Assembly (NCBI GenBank): GCA_949878575.1
Contig: CATLAX010000002.1
Location: 357,634-421,633 of the forward strand
Source: an uncultured Alphaproteobacteria bacterium
GTDB taxonomy: Bacteria; Pseudomonadota; Alphaproteobacteria; Rs-D84
Length of the DNA: 64,000 bases
Direction: 5' to 3'
The notes under the pieces are model-generated. The model was not told the DNA's origin. It ran no database searches and was given only the letters and a program-made list of their open reading frames with translations. The first letter of the stretch is position 1. Each line of letters begins with the position of its first letter. This document shows positions 56,657 through 64,000 of the stretch, one piece after another. Made by a program: the position numbers and the translations under genes.

Positions 56657-57513
56657 TTGCCGGGGTCATAGGGGCGGGCGCATGGGGAACCGCATTGGCG
56701 ATTACGGCCGCACGCGGCGGCACGGATGTTGTTTTGTGGTCGTACGACGGCGCAGTCAAAGATTTTGAAGGCGTAACCGCGCCGGACAATATCACCGTTA
56801 CATCAGACATGGCGAATTTGGCCGGGTGCGACGTGTGGCTGATTGTGACGCCGGCCGCGTTTTTTCGTGAAACAGTCCGGCTGGCGGGAAAATTTTACCG
56901 CGGCGCGCCCGTTATTATCTGCACCAAGGGCGCAGAATGCGCCACAGGTGAATTCATGTCTGAAATACTGGCGACAGAGCTGCCCGGGTGCCGTGAATTC
57001 GGCGTACTGTCCGGGCCACAGTTCGCGGCAGAGGTTGCACGCGGCATGCCGACAGGATCAACCCTGGCCGGGACGCCTGCGGCGTGCGAAATCGGCGCGC
57101 GGGTTTTGCACCGGCTGTACCTAAGCCTTAGTGATGATGTTATCGGGGCGGAAATGTGCGGGGTTGGCAAAAATGCTGTTGCGTTGATATGCGGATACGC
57201 GCATCGCACGGCCGGTGAAAACGAACGCGCGATGATACTGACCCGCGCCTGGGGCGAGGTGGTAAGCATAGGCCTGGCATGCGGGGCGCAAACGCGAACA
57301 TTTTTAGATCTGTGCGGCATCGGCGACCTGTTTTTGTCCGCAACATCCACAACATCGCGTAATTTTTCCGCCGGGCTTGCCATTGCGGACGGCCGCCGGC
57401 CAGAGGGTACGGTTGAAGGGATTTACGCCCTGTGCGGTCTGCTGGCGCGGGCGGCGGAATTAAATGTTCCAACCCCGGTGTTAAGCGGGATGCGCGAAAA
57501 ATTAAAATTATAA
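56653..57513 (+). CDS. gpsA: NAD(P)H-dependent glycerol-3-phosphate dehydrogenase
   Basis: Rossmann GxGxxG (IGAGAWGTALA) and GpsA-like C-terminal domain; 286 aa, somewhat short. Confidence 0.8.
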   Translation: MIAGVIGAGAWGTALAITAARGGTDVVLWSYDGAVKDFEGVTAPDNITVTSDMANLAGCDVWLIVTPAAFFRETVRLAGKFYRGAPVIICTKGAECATGEFMSEILATELPGCREFGVLSGPQFAAEVARGMPTGSTLAGTPAACEIGARVLHRLYLSLSDDVIGAEMCGVGKNAVALICGYAHRTAGENERAMILTRAWGEVVSIGLACGAQTRTFLDLCGIGDLFLSATSTTSRNFSAGLAIADGRRPEGTVEGIYALCGLLARAAELNVPTPVLSGMREKLKL

Positions 57514-57612
57514 AAAACACACGAAAAGTCCGGCAAATGCCGGATTATTTATTGCTTTTTTTTATTAAATCCTGTATCTTGCCGGATAAGAAAACATATA
57601 AGGGAATCAAAC

Positions 57613-57813
57613 ATGGAATCCGAAAAACTGTCTTTTGAAGACGCATATCGCCAGCTAATGGAACTGGTAAAGAAAATGGAGGGCGGCGAACTGCCACTGG
57701 CGGCGTCTGTCGCGGCGTACGAACAGGGAATAAAGCTAAAGGCTTACTGTGAGCAGCTGCTAAAAGAAGCGGAATTAAAAATAGAAACCCTGAAGGTCGG
57801 GGCAAATCAGTAA
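57613..57813 (+). CDS. xseB: Exodeoxyribonuclease VII small subunit
   Basis: 66 aa; LSFEDAYRQLMELVKKMEGGELPL is the XseB signature. Confidence 0.8.
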   Translation: MESEKLSFEDAYRQLMELVKKMEGGELPLAASVAAYEQGIKLKAYCEQLLKEAELKIETLKVGANQ

Positions 57814-57835
57814 TTTATATAAAACGGACAAAACT

Positions 57836-60388
57836 GTGGCGGATAAAAACAAACTTAGTCCCGTAATGCAACAATACGTTGACATGAAGGCGGAAAACCC
57901 TGATGCATTGTTAATGTTCAGGCTGGGCGATTTTTATGAGGCTTTTTTTGACGACGCCCGCCAGATCAGCGAAACGCTTAGCCTGGTGCTGACGACGCGC
58001 GGAACAGGCGGCAGCAGCTCGGATATTCCGATGTGCGGCATTCCGTGGCACGCGGCTGACAATTATTTCGGCCGTTTGGTGCGCGCCGGGTTCAAGGTCG
58101 CACTGGTAGAGCAAATGGAAACCCCCGCCCAGGCAAAGGCCCGCGGCCACAAGTACATAGACCGCAAGGTCATACGTGTTTTAACCCCCGGAACATTAAC
58201 GGATGAAAATCTGCTGCAGCCGAAAAATTCCAATTTTCTGGTTGCGGTCGTACCGGCGGACGGCGTGTTTGATATTGCCGGATGCGATATTTCCACGGGT
58301 GAATTCTTTATCGGGACAAGCGCCAACCCAACAGACGACATGGCCCGCATAAACCCGGCCGAAATAATATACCCGGCCGCCGCCGCGGAAACAGACGAGA
58401 TTCAGCGCCTGCGCGACATGTTCAAAACGTCGCCAGTGTACGAAAAACTGTACATGCGCGCGGACATAGACACCATCGTCAGCCGCGTTTTCGGCGGCGC
58501 CGCGCCATCCGACAGACGCCCGTGCGACGCAATAGCGTTAATGGCGGGGTATCTGTTCAACACCCAGCGCGGTGCGGACATCACGTTTCGCACCCCCAGC
58601 CGGTTTAATTCCGGAACCCAGCTGTTAATAGATTCCGCCACATGGAAAAGTTTGGAAATTGACGCACCATTAAACGACGGCGGGGCGTGCCTGCTGGACG
58701 TGCTGGACGAAACAAAGACGGCGGCCGGCGCACGGCGCCTGCGCGGATATTTGCGGACACTGACCGGCGACATGGAAGAAATACGCCGCCGCCAGGAACA
58801 TGTCGGACATTTGATGCTAAATCCGGACATCATGGGCGCATTGGCGACGCGTCTGGGCGCCGTGCCGGATATTGCACGCAGTTTGACGCGACTGCTGTCC
58901 AACCGCGGAACACCGCGCGACATGCGCCATATTGCCGATTTTATGATAGGGCTGCCGAATATTAAAATGACGGGCATGCGCCTGGATGAAACACTGGCGG
59001 TACGGTTCGCGGAAATAGACACCCACGACGCGCTGGCGGCGCAACTGCGCAGTGCATTGGCGGACAGCCTGCCCACGATGCTGCGCGACGGCGGCGTCAT
59101 ACGCGACGGTTTTGACCCGGCACTGGACAACATGCGCGGGCTGGCCCACGGGGCAAAGGAAACAATCGCCGCACTGCAGGCGGAATATTCCGCATCAACC
59201 GGTATCGCGACGCTAAAGATAAAATACAACAATATCCTGGGCTATTTCATAGAGGTGCCGTCCACACGCGCCGACGCCATGATGCAGCCCAACAGCGGAT
59301 TTATTCACCGCCAGACAATGGCCGGCAACATACGCTTTACGACAGAACGCCTGATTAACCTGGACAACGACGTACGCAGTGCCGGCGAACGCGCCGCGGG
59401 GATAGAGATGGATATCATATCGTCTTTTATAGAAAAAATTCGCGCCGTCGCGAACAGTCTGCTGGACGCATCAGAACTGATTGCGGACGCTGATGTATGG
59501 TATTCCCTGGCCGCGGTTGCAATGCGGTATTCATGGTCGCGCCCGGACATGACGCGCGGCCGCGATTTTGACATCGTTGGCGGCAGACACCCGGTGATAG
59601 AGGCGACGCTGCGCAAAAAAGCGGACAATTTTGTAAAGAACGACTGCGTGCTGGACACACGGCCGATTGCATTGATAACCGGGCCAAACATGGCCGGTAA
59701 ATCAACATATCTGCGCCAGAACGCATTGCTGGTTGTACTGGCGCACATGGGGTCGTTTGTACCGGCGACGCGGGCCCGCATCGGAATATGCGACCAGTTG
59801 TTCAGCCGTGTCGGCGCATCGGACAATCTGGCCGCGGGACAATCCACGTTTATGGTTGAAATGACGGAAACCGCAAACATTCTGCGACGCGCCACGGACA
59901 GGTCGTTCATAATATTTGATGAAATAGGGCGGGGCACCGCCACATACGACGGCATGGCCATCGCCCAGGCGGTTTTGGAATTCTTGAACGACATGGCGCC
60001 GCGCACACTGTTTGCGACACATTATCATGAATTGACCGCACTGGCCTCTGATTGCGACGGCGGACTGGCAAACGTGTCGTGTTTAACCATTGACGTGCGC
60101 GAACACAACGATGAAATCGTGTTTTTGCACAAGATTATACCGGGTGTGGCAAACCGTTCTTATGGCATCCACGTTGCGCGCATGGCCGGCATGCCGGAAA
60201 CGGTTGTCGCCCGCGCAGGCGATGTTTTGTCCGCCCTGGAACAGTCACACGGCGCGCCGTGCGCGGCCGCGCCATTGTCCATAGCAACACCGGTACCGGA
60301 TGCGGGTGCGGCGGAAAAAAAGAAAACGGCGACGCACGTTGCGCAGCCTAAAAAGGGCGACGCCCCCCAGCTTAGCCTGTTTGGATAA
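57836..60388 (+). CDS. mutS: DNA mismatch repair protein MutS (GTG start)
   Basis: 850 aa; mismatch-binding N-terminal domain, Walker A GPNMAGKSTYLRQ, C-terminal domains. Confidence 0.95.
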   Translation: MADKNKLSPVMQQYVDMKAENPDALLMFRLGDFYEAFFDDARQISETLSLVLTTRGTGGSSSDIPMCGIPWHAADNYFGRLVRAGFKVALVEQMETPAQAKARGHKYIDRKVIRVLTPGTLTDENLLQPKNSNFLVAVVPADGVFDIAGCDISTGEFFIGTSANPTDDMARINPAEIIYPAAAAETDEIQRLRDMFKTSPVYEKLYMRADIDTIVSRVFGGAAPSDRRPCDAIALMAGYLFNTQRGADITFRTPSRFNSGTQLLIDSATWKSLEIDAPLNDGGACLLDVLDETKTAAGARRLRGYLRTLTGDMEEIRRRQEHVGHLMLNPDIMGALATRLGAVPDIARSLTRLLSNRGTPRDMRHIADFMIGLPNIKMTGMRLDETLAVRFAEIDTHDALAAQLRSALADSLPTMLRDGGVIRDGFDPALDNMRGLAHGAKETIAALQAEYSASTGIATLKIKYNNILGYFIEVPSTRADAMMQPNSGFIHRQTMAGNIRFTTERLINLDNDVRSAGERAAGIEMDIISSFIEKIRAVANSLLDASELIADADVWYSLAAVAMRYSWSRPDMTRGRDFDIVGGRHPVIEATLRKKADNFVKNDCVLDTRPIALITGPNMAGKSTYLRQNALLVVLAHMGSFVPATRARIGICDQLFSRVGASDNLAAGQSTFMVEMTETANILRRATDRSFIIFDEIGRGTATYDGMAIAQAVLEFLNDMAPRTLFATHYHELTALASDCDGGLANVSCLTIDVREHNDEIVFLHKIIPGVANRSYGIHVARMAGMPETVVARAGDVLSALEQSHGAPCAAAPLSIATPVPDAGAAEKKKTATHVAQPKKGDAPQLSLFG

Positions 60389-60405
60389 AACACGTGGGGT
60401 GCACA

Positions 60406-61275
60406 ATGAACGGCTGGATTATTTTGGACAAGGACAGCGGCCTTTTCAGCCGCACGGCCGGCGCTCGCGTTGCACGCATGTTCGCAGAAAAAAAATTTGG
60501 TCATATCGGAACGCTTGACCCGATGGCCACGGGCGTGCTGCCAATCGCACTGGGGGCCGCCACAAAAATGATTCCGTTTATAGAGGATGCGCACGCCCCG
60601 GTAAAGGAATACCTGTTTTCATTACAGTTCGGATTTGAAACGGATACGCTGGATATAACGGGGAACGAAACCGGGCGCGACAATGTCATTCCGGACGAAG
60701 ATGCGGTGCGCGCCGCGGTGGCATCCATGCACGGCGACATAATGCAGACGCCGCCGGCGTATTGCGCGGTGCATGTGGCGGGCAGGCGGGCGTATGAAAT
60801 TGCACGCACCGGCAAAATTCCGGAAATAGCCCCGCGGCCCGTTCATATTTTTGACCTGGCATACACCGGGCGCCGCGGTCCGTCGTGGCATTTCAAGGTG
60901 CGGTGCAGCCGCGGCACATACGTTCGCGCAATCGCACGCGACATCGCGCACGCCGCCGGCGCCGTTGCCACGGTTGACATGATACGGCGCACGACATCCG
61001 GCGGATTTGACTTAAAAAACGCCGTCACGCTTGATTTTTTGGAAAATCTGTTTAATAATGGTGGCGACATCGGGAAATATCTGATGTCGGCGGATTACGG
61101 ACTGGGGGACATTCCGGTCTGTTGTCTGGACGACAAATCGGCCGCACTGTACATAAACGGCGGGTTTGTTGAAACGGCGGGTGCGAACGGGCTGCGCCGC
61201 GTGTACAATGCGGGTAACTTTATCGGCATGGGCACGGTGGCGGACGGCATATTGCGCCCAAAAAGAACATTATGA
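60406..61275 (+). CDS. truB: tRNA pseudouridine(55) synthase TruB
   Basis: HIGTLDPMATGVLPIALG catalytic motif; PUA-like C-terminus. Confidence 0.9.
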   Translation: MNGWIILDKDSGLFSRTAGARVARMFAEKKFGHIGTLDPMATGVLPIALGAATKMIPFIEDAHAPVKEYLFSLQFGFETDTLDITGNETGRDNVIPDEDAVRAAVASMHGDIMQTPPAYCAVHVAGRRAYEIARTGKIPEIAPRPVHIFDLAYTGRRGPSWHFKVRCSRGTYVRAIARDIAHAAGAVATVDMIRRTTSGGFDLKNAVTLDFLENLFNNGGDIGKYLMSADYGLGDIPVCCLDDKSAALYINGGFVETAGANGLRRVYNAGNFIGMGTVADGILRPKRTL

Positions 61276-61293
61276 AAAACAAAAGGGAAAACA

Positions 61294-61566
61294 ATGTCCA
61301 TTACAAAAGAAAAAACAGCGGAACTGGTAAAATCGTATAAAACGACCGATACCGACAACGGCGGCAGTGCAGAGGCCCAGGTTGCAATTCTGACGGAACG
61401 CATCCGCAACTTGACAGAACATATGAAGGCCAATCACAAGGACCAGCATTCAAAACGCGGTCTGTTGCTGATGGTAAACCGCCGCAAGAAACTGTTGGCG
61501 TACATCAAGAAAAACGATGTGGCAAAATACGAAGAACTGATTAAGAAGTTGGGTCTGCGTAAATAA
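61294..61566 (+). CDS. rpsO: 30S ribosomal protein S15
   Basis: 90 aa (…[38 protein letters not shown]…). Confidence 0.95.
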   Translation: MSITKEKTAELVKSYKTTDTDNGGSAEAQVAILTERIRNLTEHMKANHKDQHSKRGLLLMVNRRKKLLAYIKKNDVAKYEELIKKLGLRK

Positions 61567-61567
61567 T

Positions 61568-61600
61568 AAAAGCGCCGGCAACCGCCGGCGTTTTTCTTTT
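61568..61600 (+). terminator. Terminator after rpsO (AAAAGCGCCGGCAACCGCCGGCGTTTTTCTTTTT)
   Basis: 8-bp GC stem plus T-run. Confidence 0.65.
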
Positions 61601-61801
61601 TATGGATTTTCATCATACCCCGGCCGCCCGATTTATTGTGGCCTGTTCCACCCGCGTGGCGCGTCGTGACATGTACAATCTCCATAATAAAAAACCATCG
61701 GAAACATTTCAGATGGTTGGATTTTGATTTTCGTGGCGGATGTTTAAGTCCGACAGCGGAATTCCCGCTGCAATATTAATTGTACTTTGAAATATTTAAT
61801 A

Positions 61802-61829
61802 TTGCAATCGCAATTTTCTTTGTTATAAT
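61802..61829 (+). promoter_or_regulatory. Candidate promoter for tRNA-Val (TTGCAA-16-TATAAT)
   Basis: -35 at 61802-61807, 16-nt spacer, consensus -10 TATAAT at 61824-61829, 11 nt upstream of the tRNA. Confidence 0.45.
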
Positions 61830-61840
61830 CGGGGGCGAGC

Positions 61841-61917
61841 GGATGTGTAGCTCAGTTGGTTAGAGTATCTCCTTGACATGGAGGGGGTCGTTGGTTCGAG
61901 TCCAATCACATCCACCA
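61841..61917 (+). tRNA. tRNA-Val (GAC)
   Basis: 77 nt; acceptor GGATGTG/CACATCC; anticodon loop TTGACAT; TTCGAGT T-loop; encoded CCA. Confidence 0.9.
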
Positions 61918-61932
61918 GATTTTCAAAAACGT

Positions 61933-61957
61933 GACGCCCGGCGGCGTCTGTTTTTAT
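61933..61957 (+). terminator. Short hairpin plus T-run after tRNA-Val (GACGCCCGGCGGCGTCTGTTTTTAT)
   Basis: 6-bp GC stem and T5 between the tRNA and the metG RBS. Confidence 0.4.
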
Positions 61958-61975
61958 ATAAACCGGAGGCATAGC

Positions 61976-63979
61976 ATGGCAGACAAAAAAAAGGTTTTGA
62001 TTACATCGGCATTGCCGTATGTGAACGGCGAACTGCACCTGGGGCATCTGGTCGGGTGCTGGCTGCCCAGTGACGTGTACGCCCGTTTCTGCCGTGCGCG
62101 CGGGCGCGACGTATTGTACGTATGCGGCGCGGATGAACACGGCACGCCCGCCGTTGTCGGCGCCGCCAAAGAAAACATGCCTGTTTTGGAATACAACAAC
62201 AAGTATTATGAAAAACATCTGCGCGCGGTGCGAGATTTTGACCTGTCGTTTGATCTGTACGGGCGCACGCACACGGATTTGCAGGAAAAATTAATTCATG
62301 ATTTGTTTGCGCGTCTGGATGCGCGCGGTTTAATAGAAGAACGCGAAACCATTCAGCCGTTTTCCATTGACGACAACATGTTTTTGGCCGACCGACAACT
62401 GGTCGGCACATGCCCAAAATGCGGATACGACCGCGCCCGCGGCGACCAGTGCGACAAATGCGGCGCCACGTACGAGGCAACGGATCTAATCCGCCCGCGG
62501 TCAACGATTTCCGGATCTGACAAAATTGAAATGCGCCCGACAAAGAATCTGTTTTTTCTGGCGTCAAAGGTACAGCCGCAGTGGCGGCATTGGTTAAAAA
62601 CACATGCGCCGAAATGGTCAAAAACCGCGGGCGCCATCGCGATGGGGTGGGCCGCGGACGAACTGTTTGACACGTCAATCACGCGCGATTTGCCGTGGGG
62701 CATTCCGGTAAACAAGCCCGGATACGAAGACAAGGTGTTTTACGTCTGGTTTGACGCACCGTGGGGATATGTTTCCATTTCACAGGCCGCAAACCCGGAC
62801 TGGGCGTCATGGTGGAAAAATCCGGACACCCATTACGCACAGTTCATGGGCAAAGACAACGTGAAATTTCACGCCGTGTTTTTCCCGGAACAGCAACTGG
62901 CGGTGGACGACGGCTGGAAAACGGTGGACATGTTGAAATCCATGAACTTTTTGAACTTTGAAGGCGGGAAATTCTCCAAATCGGAAAAACGCGGCATATT
63001 TCTGGACGCCGCGCTAAGCGTCGCGCCCGCGGACGCGTGGCGGTACGCTTTGCTGGCATCCGCCCCGGAAACGGACGACACGGATTTTACCATTGACCGG
63101 TTTGTTGACATCGTGAACAAGGATTTAAACGGCATGCTGGGGAATTTTGTTTCGCGCACGACCAAACTGGCGGACAAGAATTTCGGGCCGCGCGTGCCGG
63201 CGGCGGGCGAATGGGATGCCGGACTGGCCGCGGCGGTGGACGCAAAAATCGCGGAATTGACCACCGCACTTGACGCATGCGAATTCCGCGCGGCCGTGGT
63301 CGCACTGCGCGGGCTCTTTGCCATCGGCAACGAATACATGACGGAAAAGGCGCCGTGGGCGATGGTCAAAAACGGCGACATGGACGCGGCCGGGGCGGTG
63401 TTGAACAACTGTTTCCAGTTAATTGACCTGTACGGGCGCGTCGCCGCCCCGTTTATCCCGAACGCCGCCGGCAAAATCCGCAACGTTTTCGCGGCGCCGC
63501 ACGATCTGTCGTGGCCGGACGCGTTTGCGCGCCGCATTGCGGACGGTGAACAGTTTACGGTGCCGGAAAATTTATTTGAACGCATTGACGATGCGCGCCG
63601 CGCGGAATTAGCAGAAAAATTCGCACCGAAAAAAGACGACGCGCCGCGCCCGGTTGTTGCAAAAATCGTTGCCGCGGCGCCGCATCCGACACGTGAAAAT
63701 TTACAGATTTTAACGGTTGACGACGGCACGGGCCGCGCGTTGCAGATTGTTTGCGCGGCACCGAATGCGTGCGCGGGGATGCTGTCCGTTCTGGCGCCGG
63801 TGGGATGCAGAATACCGGGACAGAAAAAGCCCATCTCACAGCGCACCGTCGCAGGCACGGAAAGTTTCGGCATGATGTGCAGTGCGGCAGATCTGGGGCA
63901 GGGCGACAACAACGAAAAAATAATAGAATTAACGGCAGAGAGTAAAATAGGGACGGAATACAACCCAGGGGACAAATAA
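61976..63979 (+). CDS. metG: Methionyl-tRNA synthetase
   Basis: HLGH motif (PYVNGELHLGHLVG), zinc knuckle, KFSKS motif, C-terminal tRNA-binding domain; start at MADKKK with GGAGG RBS. Confidence 0.95.
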   Translation: MADKKKVLITSALPYVNGELHLGHLVGCWLPSDVYARFCRARGRDVLYVCGADEHGTPAVVGAAKENMPVLEYNNKYYEKHLRAVRDFDLSFDLYGRTHTDLQEKLIHDLFARLDARGLIEERETIQPFSIDDNMFLADRQLVGTCPKCGYDRARGDQCDKCGATYEATDLIRPRSTISGSDKIEMRPTKNLFFLASKVQPQWRHWLKTHAPKWSKTAGAIAMGWAADELFDTSITRDLPWGIPVNKPGYEDKVFYVWFDAPWGYVSISQAANPDWASWWKNPDTHYAQFMGKDNVKFHAVFFPEQQLAVDDGWKTVDMLKSMNFLNFEGGKFSKSEKRGIFLDAALSVAPADAWRYALLASAPETDDTDFTIDRFVDIVNKDLNGMLGNFVSRTTKLADKNFGPRVPAAGEWDAGLAAAVDAKIAELTTALDACEFRAAVVALRGLFAIGNEYMTEKAPWAMVKNGDMDAAGAVLNNCFQLIDLYGRVAAPFIPNAAGKIRNVFAAPHDLSWPDAFARRIADGEQFTVPENLFERIDDARRAELAEKFAPKKDDAPRPVVAKIVAAAPHPTRENLQILTVDDGTGRALQIVCAAPNACAGMLSVLAPVGCRIPGQKKPISQRTVAGTESFGMMCSAADLGQGDNNEKIIELTAESKIGTEYNPGDK

Positions 63980-64000
63980 TGAAAAATATAAACATATACG

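Noticed and set aside
61434-61685. Minus-strand 83-aa ORF overlapping the rpsO 3' end and terminator
   Set aside because: It overlaps a confirmed gene and terminator on the opposite strand, has a Gly/Arg-rich low-complexity translation and no RBS.

Overview
This 64 kb window is a gene-dense chromosomal segment of moderately high GC (roughly 55-60% by eye, with AT-rich intergenic regions). Codon usage and gene families (LptF-LptD-SurA-RlmN, alpha-type SspB, RpoH, YfgM-BamB-like pair, ParAB-RsmG) suggest an alphaproteobacterium, possibly one with a reduced or rearranged genome. Most of the window is housekeeping: infB-nusA, lptF-lptD-surA-rlmN, rluD, dnaX, der, rpoH, pnp, recF, rsmE, accBC, yidD-rnpA, mreB, pal, infC (AUU start), a macAB-tolC-type efflux operon, tRNA-Cys, parAB, rsmG, gpsA, xseB, mutS, truB-rpsO, tRNA-Val and metG. 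Classic operons are scrambled: nusA-infB, truB-rpsO and pnp sit at three separate loci, and mreB is present without mreCD. Several accessory or unusual elements sit among these. (1) A ~440 bp module occurs twice at ~97-98% nt identity, at 9701-10145 and 45221-45665. Each copy encodes a 74-aa XRE-type HTH protein with a structured 5' leader and lies immediately downstream of a different cargo gene. The cargo for one copy is a 1162-aa cysteine-rich secreted repeat protein; for the other it is a low-GC radical-SAM enzyme. (2) A nested palindromic REP/MITE-like element fused to a terminator occurs at 1-110 and again at 45690-45790. (3) A translationally coupled operon encodes three paralogous 400-450 aa proteins with prepilin-like N-termini, followed by a zinc-ribbon/DUF3426 protein, a secreted protein and rluD. 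A canonical type IV pilin plus an OmpA-like lipoprotein lie after dnaX. (4) An orphan VirD4/TraG-type coupling ATPase sits next to recF. (5) A low-GC secreted HExxH protein with a near-consensus promoter is inserted between parA and rsmG. No CRISPR array, rRNA or transposase was seen. All calls are from reading the sequence and the ORF translations; no searches or computations were run.
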